Shown in pieces: positions 17,487 through 26,329 of a DNA stretch of 59,745 nt. A program made the translations under genes and the position numbers. The notes beneath the pieces were generated by a model. The model saw only the letters and a list, made by a program, of their open reading frames with translations. It had not been told where the DNA came from and did no database searches. Source of the DNA: an uncultured Clostridia bacterium. GTDB lineage: Bacteria > Bacillota > Clostridia > Christensenellales > CAG-917. The stretch covers positions 1 to 59,745 of the forward strand of contig CANQAA010000002.1 of the NCBI GenBank assembly GCA_947589395.1, written 5' to 3'. How positions within the stretch are numbered: the stretch's first letter is position 1; each line of letters begins with the position of its first letter.

Positions 17487-18272
17487 ATGAAAAGACTTAT
17501 ATTCTTTTTGATTTGTCTTTTTGTCGCGACGGCGGCAGGCTTTGGGGAGGTTAAGGTGGCGCAGGCAGAAAGCGAAAAGCTGATTTCACAATTTTCTACT
17601 TACTACGGGGAGAGCTCTGAGGGCAGAAAGCACAACATCGCCCTCGCGGCAAAAAAGATAGACGGGGTGACGCTCTATCCCGAAGAGGAGTTCTCTTTCA
17701 ACGACGTCGTGGGCAGGCGCACGGAGGCGAACGGCTTTCAAAGCGCGTTCATCATCAAAGACGGCGAGTTTGTCGAGGGCGTGGGCGGAGGAGTTTGTCA
17801 GGCGTCGAGCACGCTTTACAATTGCGTTTTGCTTGCAAATCTTGCGGTGACGGCGGTGAGCGCGCACTCCCTTCCCGTGAGCTACGTCGCGCCATCGTTT
17901 GACGCTATGGTGTCGAGCGTGAGCGACCTGAGATTTGTCAACACGTCCTCTTATAAGATAACGATCCGCATGTCGGCGGACGGAAAGTATCTCAAGGCGC
18001 AAATTTTCGGCTTTGACAGCGTGAACATAAGGCGGCGATCGGAGACTCTCGAAGTCATTCCGTTTGAAACGGAGTTCCGCTCTGACGCCTCGCTCGGCGT
18101 TGGGGAGAAGAGGATAGACTCCTACGGCAAAAACGGGCTGAGGTCTGAGGGCTATCTCGACTTTTTCGAGAACGGACGGGTGGTGAAGTCCGTGCTCATA
18201 CGCCGCGACCGCTATCTTCCTCAAAAGCGCGTGATCTTCACAAAAGACGGCGAGCCCGTCGAAGAAATTTGA
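17487..18272 (+). CDS. VanW family protein
   Basis: EEEFSFNDVVGRRTEANGFQSAFII...GGGVCQASSTLYNCVLLANL is the VanW core. The preferred start MKRLIFFLICLF at 17487 gives a signal peptide. Confidence 0.85.
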   Translation: MKRLIFFLICLFVATAAGFGEVKVAQAESEKLISQFSTYYGESSEGRKHNIALAAKKIDGVTLYPEEEFSFNDVVGRRTEANGFQSAFIIKDGEFVEGVGGGVCQASSTLYNCVLLANLAVTAVSAHSLPVSYVAPSFDAMVSSVSDLRFVNTSSYKITIRMSADGKYLKAQIFGFDSVNIRRRSETLEVIPFETEFRSDASLGVGEKRIDSYGKNGLRSEGYLDFFENGRVVKSVLIRRDRYLPQKRVIFTKDGEPVEEI

Positions 18273-18297
18273 AAAAAGCGATACATGTGTCAAAAAT

Positions 18298-18324
18298 AAC
18301 GGCTTGGCAGGTTGCCAAGCCGTT
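18298..18324 (-). terminator. intrinsic terminator of the 18347-21097 gene
   Basis: AACGGCTTGGCA-GGT-TGCCAAGCCGTT is a 12-bp stem. On the minus strand it is followed by ATTTTTG. Confidence 0.7.
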
Positions 18325-18346
18325 GTTGATAACGCTGTTTTGCTTT

Positions 18347-21097
18347 TTAAGATGGGATTGTGAAGGTGAGAAGAGTTTCGCCGTCCTTCGTTTTGACCGT
18401 GACCGCGTTGCCGTCCACGCTCCAAAGACCGATCGTCAGATTGCCTTCTGAGTCGAAGCACAAAACGCCGTTGAAGGAGTCGCTGAGGCGGGAGTCGAAA
18501 TACAGCTCATCGCCGTCGCTCGTCTCGTAGAATGTGGCAACTTCGTCCTCGTCCTTTTCAAGCAGCGTGAACACTATATCTTCGTCGTTCGTGCTCTCAA
18601 AGGTCACGGGGTCGAGGTTTACGCTCACCTCAAATCGCATGAACACTTCGCCCGCTGTGAGCTCGACATAGAAGCCCAAATACCAGCTGTAGCTGACGTT
18701 GTTATATTGCTCGCTTCCCACTTTGTAGTAGCCGAAGTAGAGTTCGCTGTCCTCGCCGTTTACGCTAACGGGAGCGACCGTGTAGCCCGCGAGGTTCTTT
18801 TCAAGCTGTACGACGTTGAAGGAAAGCGTGAGGCCGTGACCCGTGACGGTGACTTCCTTTTGGAAGTTTTTGCTGAAAACTTCGCCGTCGATCGTGAGAT
18901 TTTCGCCCGAAATATCCACCCTGTGAGGAGTGTAAAAGCCGTTGTCGTCAATGACGTACAGCGTGAAGTAAGTGCCTCCGTCGCTCAAAATGTACGGACA
19001 ACCCGCGTTGTCGACGAATGTGCAATCCGCACCCACCCTGAATTGACGGTTGAAGTCTGACGTAGAGTAGTATGTGCCGTAAATTGCTTTATATCTGTCC
19101 GCGCTCGTGTCGATGAACTCGATCATTTTGGCATAGCCCAAATCGTATGTGACATGGAATTGCATTTCCGCATTGTTGCCGTCTTGATCGAGATAGACAT
19201 AATAGCCGAAGTCGTCGCTGAAGAAGCCGTAGAGCATCATGTGATTGTCGGTGGCAAAATTATAATCCGTCGACCAAACGCCTCTGCCGTTGCCAAAGAG
19301 CTTCACATATATTGTAGGATCTGAGGCTAAGAGTAGAAGGTTTTTGTTGTCCTTGTTTATGACCACCGCATAGGGCTCGTCGCCCTCGTTTTCGATGAAG
19401 ATGTCAAACGTCGAGACCCCAGTTTTGCCGTCGTTCAGGTCGATTGGCATTACAAGCGTGATCGTGTAGACGAGAGAGTCCTTGTCGGTTATCGCGTAAG
19501 TGCCGCTTGTGACGTAGCTGAAACCGTCGTCAAACACCGCGACCTGCCCGCCGTTGTAGCCGGTGTAGAAGTTGAAGGTATAGTCGGAAAGTTTTTGCCA
19601 ACTGTCGTTGACGAGGGTGTATGTGCCGCTGATGTCGTAGGTCTTTGTGAAGAGTCCCGTCGTTTTGTTTGCGGAAAAGTCGAAGGTGTGCTGTCCGTCT
19701 TCGGACGCGAACACGCTCTTGATCTCGCCGTCGTCATTGAATTCGCCTTCCACTGTACCGGGATATTTTTCGCTTCCGGCTTTCAAATACGCCTCGTGCT
19801 CGCTTTCAAAGACCAACTGAGTGTCTGCGTCCGTCGTGTCTAAGAAAAATACGTCCGCAACTTCCGTGAGGGAGTTTGAAGCGCTGTCGTAGACGAAAGT
19901 CGTGAGCGCGCCGTTGTGGGTGAAAAAGACGTAGTCCTTCCAGCTCGCGTAAGTGCCCGAGAGGGTAGCGCCGTCCGCCGCCCGCGTGTAGGTCGCGCTC
20001 ATAAAGCCGTCGGAGCGGAAAGTGCCGCCCTTTTCGTCGTGCATCGTGCCGTCAAAGGTCTCGTCGTAGACTATGTAGAATATCTCCGATCCGGCTCCGG
20101 TCCTTAGAGCAACGAGTTGGAACTTGAAATCCTCAACTTCGCTCTCGGGATCGAACGTGACCGTGCCGACAAGGTTTTCGTAGTCAAAGACATAGGTGAA
20201 CTCGACATAGTTGTCGGCAGTGCTGTCCTCATAAAACTCGCCCGTGCCGTTGCCGTAAAGAATTATCCCGGTCAAGCTCCAACCCGAGAACAGATTGACA
20301 TATTGATAGAAGCCTACCTCGATGCCTATCCAGACCGCCTCGAGGGTGACGTCTGAGGTGACGGTGATGGGATTTTTCTCGTTATACACCTCGCTGCCGT
20401 CGCTGCCACTGATCGTCCAACCGAAAAACATGTAGCCGTCAAAGTCATATTCTTCGCCGAGCGACGCGGGCGCATACGAAGCGCCTCTGTCCACCTGCAC
20501 GGGGTCGGGAGCAGTCAAAGAGCCCGTGTATTCCTCGCCCAAATAGAATGTGACCGTGCAGGGAGCTGTCTTCCAGACGGCCGTGAGATCGAAGCTGTTG
20601 TTCAGCGTGATGGTCTCGCCGCCCGCAAATGTGGCTGTCCCCACGCTCCAACACACAAAAGCGTGACCGTCAAATTCCACGTCGGGGTAGGGCAGGGTGA
20701 CGCGAGAGCCCGCTTCGACCGTTATCGGATCGGGAGCTTCGCCGTCCCCGTCGTACTCGCCCAAAGAGAAACGTATGGTGAACATGCGCTTTGGAGCGGA
20801 AAATTTGGGCGTCGCAACGACCGACTCGGTGGGCACATAGCCGCCGTCCACTTTTTGATCGCCAACAAACCAGCCGTCGAATATCTCGCCGTCATGACCG
20901 CTCGGCGCGGGAGGGATATCGGAAGTCGCGATCGCTGCTCCCTCTTCAAGCGTGACGACAGTGTCGCCGCCGTCCGTTTGGAACGTCACTGTGACAGTGT
21001 TTTTGGGCGCGTCTTCGGGCTTTGGATCGCAAGCCGCAAGCGTGAGCGCAAGTATGACCGCCAAAATCAAAATCACAAACAGTCTTTTCAATTTCAT
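18347..21097 (-). CDS. large surface lipoprotein with three N-terminal Flg_new-type repeats and an uncharacterised ~650-aa Tyr/Thr/Gly/Asp-rich body
   Basis: Start MKLKRLFVILILAVILALTLAAC (lipobox) with an AAGGAG SD. Repeats are marked by FDGWFVGDQ, GHAFVCWSV...LTAVW and FDGYMFFGWT...LEAVW. I recognise no motif in the remainder. Confidence 0.85.
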   Translation of the reverse strand: MKLKRLFVILILAVILALTLAACDPKPEDAPKNTVTVTFQTDGGDTVVTLEEGAAIATSDIPPAPSGHDGEIFDGWFVGDQKVDGGYVPTESVVATPKFSAPKRMFTIRFSLGEYDGDGEAPDPITVEAGSRVTLPYPDVEFDGHAFVCWSVGTATFAGGETITLNNSFDLTAVWKTAPCTVTFYLGEEYTGSLTAPDPVQVDRGASYAPASLGEEYDFDGYMFFGWTISGSDGSEVYNEKNPITVTSDVTLEAVWIGIEVGFYQYVNLFSGWSLTGIILYGNGTGEFYEDSTADNYVEFTYVFDYENLVGTVTFDPESEVEDFKFQLVALRTGAGSEIFYIVYDETFDGTMHDEKGGTFRSDGFMSATYTRAADGATLSGTYASWKDYVFFTHNGALTTFVYDSASNSLTEVADVFFLDTTDADTQLVFESEHEAYLKAGSEKYPGTVEGEFNDDGEIKSVFASEDGQHTFDFSANKTTGLFTKTYDISGTYTLVNDSWQKLSDYTFNFYTGYNGGQVAVFDDGFSYVTSGTYAITDKDSLVYTITLVMPIDLNDGKTGVSTFDIFIENEGDEPYAVVINKDNKNLLLLASDPTIYVKLFGNGRGVWSTDYNFATDNHMMLYGFFSDDFGYYVYLDQDGNNAEMQFHVTYDLGYAKMIEFIDTSADRYKAIYGTYYSTSDFNRQFRVGADCTFVDNAGCPYILSDGGTYFTLYVIDDNGFYTPHRVDISGENLTIDGEVFSKNFQKEVTVTGHGLTLSFNVVQLEKNLAGYTVAPVSVNGEDSELYFGYYKVGSEQYNNVSYSWYLGFYVELTAGEVFMRFEVSVNLDPVTFESTNDEDIVFTLLEKDEDEVATFYETSDGDELYFDSRLSDSFNGVLCFDSEGNLTIGLWSVDGNAVTVKTKDGETLLTFTIPS

Positions 21098-21199
21098 AGC
21101 ATTATCTCCTTTTGGGCGGATTTTTTTGATGTATATTAATAATACATTATATTTAAAAAAAGTCAACCGAAAATCAATAAATATTCAAAATATTATAGC

Positions 21200-21270
21200 T
21201 TTATGCAAAATTTTTGCATAAAATTCATTTATGCACTCCGATTTTTGCATAAAATTGCAATTTTAGGGGC
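21200..21270 (-). promoter_or_regulatory. cluster of TGCA(T/A)AAAT boxes plus a CCCTAAAATTGCA module upstream of the 18347-21097 gene
   Basis: TGCAAAAT at 21204, TGCATAAAAT at 21215 and 21246 (spacings 11 and 31 bp). The revcomp of 21246-21270 is GCCCCTAAAATTGCAATTTTATGCA, homologous to 45843-45875. Confidence 0.45.
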
Positions 21271-21325
21271 GCGGTGTATAATTTTATTGTGAGAACAGAA
21301 TATTAGTCAATTGAAAAGGAACGGC

Positions 21326-21463
21326 TAAACGCGCACTCAATCGAAGACTTGCCTGAGAACGATGTCACTTGTTCGAAGCATAATAACGAGCACTCATTCG
21401 AAGCCCTGCTTGAGTACGACGGCTCTAATTCGAAGCGAAGGTAACGCGCACTCATTTGAAGGG
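21326..21463 (-). repeat. intergenic tandem repeat array (about 57-nt unit, about 2.4 copies), same family as 26330-26830 and 50112-50200
   Basis: Units TAACG(C/A)GCACTCA(A/T)T(C/T)GAAG... recur at 21326, 21383 and 21441. The reverse complement aligns to the 26741-26800 unit at about 45/60 positions. Confidence 0.75.
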
Positions 21464-21492
21464 AAGTTTCACAAAAAAAACTCAACACAGGT

Positions 21493-21539
21493 CATAAAAA
21501 GATAAAAATAAGGCGCTGCAAACGGGGTTGCAACGCCTT
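21493..21539 (-). terminator. intrinsic terminator of the 21567-23069 gene
   Basis: Minus strand: AAGGCGTTGCA...TGCAGCGCCTT stem (one G-U pair) followed by ATTTTTATCTTTTTA. Confidence 0.75.
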
Positions 21540-21566
21540 AAGAGGGAGAATTGGTTGTAACTGAAA

Positions 21567-23069
21567 TTAAAGTTTTATCTCGTCGAGACGATTCTTGACG
21601 CTCTCAAGCCACTCTTCCGCGCTGTTCTTTGCCGCTTGCATGGCTTGATCGAACGTCTCTTTTGCCTCTTCGAGCGTGGACGTTATGCTCGACTCGAGCT
21701 GTTTCACGCCTTCTATATCTTCTTCGGTGAGTTCCATCTTGTCGTAAACGCTCTGCTTTGCTTCGGATATCTTTGATATTGTGTTGTTCACGTCGAACAG
21801 GCTCTTGAAGTCTATCTTGTCAAGCCCGAGCCATTCGGACACGCCGTTCATAGCGTCCCATATCTTCGTGAACACGGCGTTTGCCTTTTCGCTTATCCCA
21901 AGCTGCTCGTTGAGTTCTGAGATCTTTTGCTTTATCGAAGAGAGAATGGCGGCAAGCGCGTCCTTGATGGACTGACTGTCCTTGCGCTCGATGGCGTCCT
22001 CTTCCCCTTGCTCCACGATGTCCATGACCTCTTCGTACGCCTCCTCGAAGGCGGGACGGGCGGACGCGTCGAGGTTGCGATAGAGCTCGTTCATATATGA
22101 GCGCACGCTCGTCTTCGTTATCTCGCCGTTTTCGTCCGCGATCTCCTTTTCGAAGATGTCCTCAGTCAGATTTTTGAAGAAAGAACCAACTTTTTTGAAG
22201 GCGTCCTTGACGTCGTCGAAAGTGAGAATGGGATTTTGAATGTATTCCTTCAAAGAGTTGTAATAGTGAGAAAGGGTGTTTTCCGTTGAGTTCAAAACCG
22301 CGTATACGTTTGCGTAAAGCACCTTTGCGGAGTTCTTTGCCGCCGCGACGATATTTTCGGAATGAAGGGTTTTTCCAACGAAATATACTGAATAAAGTCC
22401 GTCTCTTGCGATTTGGCGGGTGTTTTGCAACGCAAACCTCGCCTCCGCGACAGTGCGTTTGTAGAGCGTGCCGAGCTTTGAATCGTAAGTGCCGGCATAG
22501 TCGTTGACGGTCTTTAGCGCCTCGCTGTCGTTTGAAGGAAGGGAGCTCGCGTCAGAGCAAGCCATAGCCCTTGAGAGCATCCTGTATTTTCCTACGGACA
22601 TGTCGTAGCCCGCGCGCTCGATCTCGAACTTCGAGGCGAGGTCGAGGTCCTTTTGCACGTCGAGCTCGAAAGAGGCGAGAGCTTCGGACGCCTTCAAAAA
22701 TAGCTCCGAATCATTCTTTTCATCCAAAGAATACGCGCTTATCGACACGGTGCGTCTGTCTTCGGTTATATAGCCGTAGTCCTTTGCGAGTTGAACTATG
22801 TTTGCGAGCGCAACGCCGAGTTTTGCGTTGACGATGCCGCCCGCGTCAAACAACATCGCTCTCGCGTCGCCGTTTGCGCCGTACGCGCTCATCACGTTGT
22901 CGTTTTGGTCGAGGACGAGCTCGATGGACGGATTGATGTCAACGGCGACGAACGAGGTCGCCTTTGGCGGATCTTCGGTAGCGGGAGAGGGTCGCGCGTT
23001 GCACGCGACAAGGCAACTCATCAAAGCCAACGCCATTGCGGCGAGAAGCAAAATTTTGAGTTTTTTCAT
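21567..23069 (-). CDS. hypothetical alpha-helical lipoprotein
   Basis: MKKLKILLLAAMALALMSCLVAC lipobox and GGAGG SD. An N-proximal VDINPSIELVLDQNDNV segment is followed by a long charged, helical C-terminal half. Family not recognised. Confidence 0.8.
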   Translation of the reverse strand: MKKLKILLLAAMALALMSCLVACNARPSPATEDPPKATSFVAVDINPSIELVLDQNDNVMSAYGANGDARAMLFDAGGIVNAKLGVALANIVQLAKDYGYITEDRRTVSISAYSLDEKNDSELFLKASEALASFELDVQKDLDLASKFEIERAGYDMSVGKYRMLSRAMACSDASSLPSNDSEALKTVNDYAGTYDSKLGTLYKRTVAEARFALQNTRQIARDGLYSVYFVGKTLHSENIVAAAKNSAKVLYANVYAVLNSTENTLSHYYNSLKEYIQNPILTFDDVKDAFKKVGSFFKNLTEDIFEKEIADENGEITKTSVRSYMNELYRNLDASARPAFEEAYEEVMDIVEQGEEDAIERKDSQSIKDALAAILSSIKQKISELNEQLGISEKANAVFTKIWDAMNGVSEWLGLDKIDFKSLFDVNNTISKISEAKQSVYDKMELTEEDIEGVKQLESSITSTLEEAKETFDQAMQAAKNSAEEWLESVKNRLDEIKL

Positions 23070-23332
23070 ACCTCATCCTCCGATTATTAATTATGTTATC
23101 GCAAAAAACTTAACGGAATATAGTAAATATCATAAAGATTTGTTAAGAAACATATCGATTTTCGGACAAAATATATAGAAAATCCGTCCGAATTGCTTAA
23201 AAATCTTTCACAAGCGCGATTAAAAGTGAATTTTCGGTTGCCAAGAAAACTATTTGATGTATAATATATGTTGATATAATATTCACAATAACTATGTGCA
23301 TGGCGCAAAACGCGTCTCACAAAGAGGAAAAA

Positions 23333-26278
23333 ATGAAAAAAGTTTTGTTTACGGCGCTGCTTGTCGCGCTCATCGCCGTCGTGGCGGTCTCGGCAGTGGC
23401 GTGCAATCCGGACGGGAATCGCAGAAATCCCGGCTACAACGAGTACGAGACGGGCACCTACACCGTCACTTTCAACGCAAACGGCGCGGACAGCTCGACA
23501 GACGCGGCGAACCTCACCGGCGTTAAATACGGCTCGACCATCGCATATCCGACGGACGGCGACGGCAACAGATACGTCCCGACCAAGCTCGGATACAACT
23601 TCCTGTACTGGGAGTGGACGGATGCAAACGGCGCAACGCGGCAGTTCCGTTTCGAGGGCGAGAGCAACCCCGACGTCATCACCAAAAACACCACGATCAG
23701 CGCGGCGTACGAGGCGAAAAAGTTCGAACACGTCATCAACTACACCTCCGGACTGGAATATGAGATCATGTCAAACGGCAGCGTGAAATATTCCCTCGTC
23801 GACGACTTTTACGGAGCAGAGTGCAACAAGGTCACCATAACTCACAGCGACGGCGAGGAAGTCAAGTTCGTCTCGGAGTTCAAAAAGGCGAACGACAACT
23901 TCAAGTGCGCCTACATTGTCAACGCCGACGGCACTGTGAACACGGAGAACAAATTCTGCTTCTGGTATTACGTCATTCAGCAAAAGGACGATCAAGGCCG
24001 TCTTTTATACGTCAAGTCCGACGGCGAGCTCACCGCCGATCCTGCTGAGGCGATGAAAGACGCAAACGACGACCCGACGCCGTGTCTGAAGCCCATTCAG
24101 TTCACCAAGTGGAAGGAAGAGAGCAAGGACGTCGTCGCCTCTATGGAGACCTACGGGCTTTACGAGAGCCTCACGCTTTATCCCATGTTTGAGCAAAACT
24201 TGCCAAAGGTCACGGTCGAGTTCGAGGGCGGACACAGCGAAGTGTATCCCTTAAACGGCACGATCTACGAGAGCGTGAGCGAGGAGGCAAAGTCCCAACT
24301 CAACGTTTTGCAAGGCGAGGAGTTTGCATATTGGTATTATCAATTGGAAAACAAGGACAGCGAGGGCAACGTCACGTCGTACAGCGACTTCGAGTTCATC
24401 TTCAAGCCCGATCCTCAGGTCGACGAGGATGGCAATGAGGTCGAGCCGGAAGCCTCCAAGACCCCGACGGATCTTCGCGACGCAACGGGCAACAAGGGCG
24501 TGTTCACCCCCGTCACCCTCAATCTCAAGGCGAGGCGCGTGAGCGTGAGAAGGATGGAGAATCCCGCCGCGTTCGAGGCGTTCTGCAACGAGGCAAGAAA
24601 CTATTTCGCCGATGAGAGAACGCTTCTTGCAATAGAGGAGGGTCAGCGCACTCCCGAGCAAAAAGAGCAGCTCGAGGCGGTGCAGGCGAACATAAGGTCT
24701 TTGCTCACCGCAAAGCTCGTGTTTGCAAGCGGAATGAACTTTGTTTTGTCGGCGGACGACAAATATGCCCCCTTTGACGCGGCGCATGCGTTTGAGGGCA
24801 CGATAACGAGCGAAGGCGCCGCCGTCACGCTCACAATATCTCTTGACATCAACTTCAAAGACCTCTCCGAAGACGAGCTCAAAAAAACGGAATATTCGCT
24901 TTTCGGCTACGTCAAAGGCAAAATCGAGAACATAAACGTCGCTTTCAGCGCAAACGTGCAAAATATTCGCCTTGTGAAGGGCAATCTGTATATCGGCGCG
25001 TTGGCGGCGGAAAGCTCCGGAACGATAAGAAATTGCGAAGTCAACGTGGCGCAAGCGTCCTTCTTCGGCGGCGAGGAAGCAGACCTCGAGACGGGTGGCA
25101 GAGTGGTGTTCGGCGGTCTCGTCGCAAGAAACTCCAACCCCGAAGCGGAGGATGATATGGGCGTCATCGAGAGCGTGAGAGCGACCGTTAATAGTCTCGA
25201 CATTGTCCGCGTGAGCGCAACGGTCGGCGGTATCGTCGGCAACAACCTCTCCTCAACGTCAGTGAAAGAGAGCGAAGCGACGCTCACTCTCAACTCCATC
25301 GACGACGCGACCTTCAGGGCGATCCTCGAAGTGGGCGGCCTCACAGGCACGAACGGCGGCACGATAGAGGGATCTCACGCGACCATGCTTATGAATGCGG
25401 GCGCGCAACTCAAACTTTCAACGGGCACGCTGTCCATCGGCGCGCTTACGGGCAGAAACAGCCGCGCAGTCGTGAGAAGCTACGGCAAGATAGGCGCGCT
25501 TGCAACCGGAACGGAAAACGCGAAGGCGGTGGAGTTCACGTTGCTTGGCGGCGCTCTCAATGTGGGCGGGCTTGTCGGTCACAACGAGGGCTACGTCTAC
25601 GATTGCTACAGCGAGGACGTCATCACCGTCAACGCTCCCGCGACCGTGACTTCGGCTACTCTCAGCGTAGGCGGACTCGTCGGCAACAACAACGGCGACA
25701 AATTCAGCACCAGCCAAACGGAAACCAGCGTGGGCGCGATATCTTATAGCTACACTCGCGGCAGCATCCTGATCAACGTTGCGGACGGCGCAAAGAATGT
25801 CAACGTGAACGCGGGCGGCCTCAGCGGTCAACAGCTCAGCACCCGCCTCATGAACGCCTTCACGGCGATGTCCATCGACGCGCACATCAAGCTCGACGAG
25901 GGGCTCGGCAATCAGGCGAACATAGGCTATCTGTTCGGCAAGCTCTTTGAAAAAGCGGAGGACTCCACTTACAGGGCGAGACTCTACTATATCGACGACA
26001 ACGAGGGAGCCGGACTCAAGCTCAACGACGAGCCGTACAAGATCACCCAAAAGACGGAGGACGGCGAGGAAGAACCCACGTCCGAGAGCAATTTCGGCAA
26101 CATCTACGGCACGCTTATAAGCAGCAAGGAACTCAACTATTCGTTGCTCACCGACAACAGCAGCCTCAACTTCGACAGCCGCGAAAAAGCGGGCTCGACC
26201 TCTTCAAATCGTCTCTATGTGTGGACTCTGCCCGAGAGCGATGTGACCGAAGGCCCGTTCTATCCGACCTTGAACTGA
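23333..26278 (+). CDS. large surface lipoprotein with a Flg_new-type repeat and an array of GLUG-like repeats
   Basis: Preferred start MKKVLFTALLVALIAVVAVSAVAC (ATG 23333, AAGAGGA upstream). YTVTFNANG...GYNFLYWEW is the Flg_new-type repeat. Recurrent GGLVARNS / VGGIVGNN / GGLTGTNGG / GGLVGHNEG / GGLVGNNNG motifs are typical of GLUG beta-helix repeats. Confidence 0.85.
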   Translation: MKKVLFTALLVALIAVVAVSAVACNPDGNRRNPGYNEYETGTYTVTFNANGADSSTDAANLTGVKYGSTIAYPTDGDGNRYVPTKLGYNFLYWEWTDANGATRQFRFEGESNPDVITKNTTISAAYEAKKFEHVINYTSGLEYEIMSNGSVKYSLVDDFYGAECNKVTITHSDGEEVKFVSEFKKANDNFKCAYIVNADGTVNTENKFCFWYYVIQQKDDQGRLLYVKSDGELTADPAEAMKDANDDPTPCLKPIQFTKWKEESKDVVASMETYGLYESLTLYPMFEQNLPKVTVEFEGGHSEVYPLNGTIYESVSEEAKSQLNVLQGEEFAYWYYQLENKDSEGNVTSYSDFEFIFKPDPQVDEDGNEVEPEASKTPTDLRDATGNKGVFTPVTLNLKARRVSVRRMENPAAFEAFCNEARNYFADERTLLAIEEGQRTPEQKEQLEAVQANIRSLLTAKLVFASGMNFVLSADDKYAPFDAAHAFEGTITSEGAAVTLTISLDINFKDLSEDELKKTEYSLFGYVKGKIENINVAFSANVQNIRLVKGNLYIGALAAESSGTIRNCEVNVAQASFFGGEEADLETGGRVVFGGLVARNSNPEAEDDMGVIESVRATVNSLDIVRVSATVGGIVGNNLSSTSVKESEATLTLNSIDDATFRAILEVGGLTGTNGGTIEGSHATMLMNAGAQLKLSTGTLSIGALTGRNSRAVVRSYGKIGALATGTENAKAVEFTLLGGALNVGGLVGHNEGYVYDCYSEDVITVNAPATVTSATLSVGGLVGNNNGDKFSTSQTETSVGAISYSYTRGSILINVADGAKNVNVNAGGLSGQQLSTRLMNAFTAMSIDAHIKLDEGLGNQANIGYLFGKLFEKAEDSTYRARLYYIDDNEGAGLKLNDEPYKITQKTEDGEEEPTSESNFGNIYGTLISSKELNYSLLTDNSSLNFDSREKAGSTSSNRLYVWTLPESDVTEGPFYPTLN

Positions 26279-26295
26279 TAAAAAAAGCGCTATCA

Positions 26296-26325
26296 AAGCC
26301 GTCCAAACGGACGGCTTTTTGCTTT
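26296..26325 (+). terminator. intrinsic terminator
   Basis: AAGCCGTCC-AAAC-GGACGGCTT followed by TTTGCTTT. Confidence 0.8.
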
Positions 26326-26329
26326 ATTA

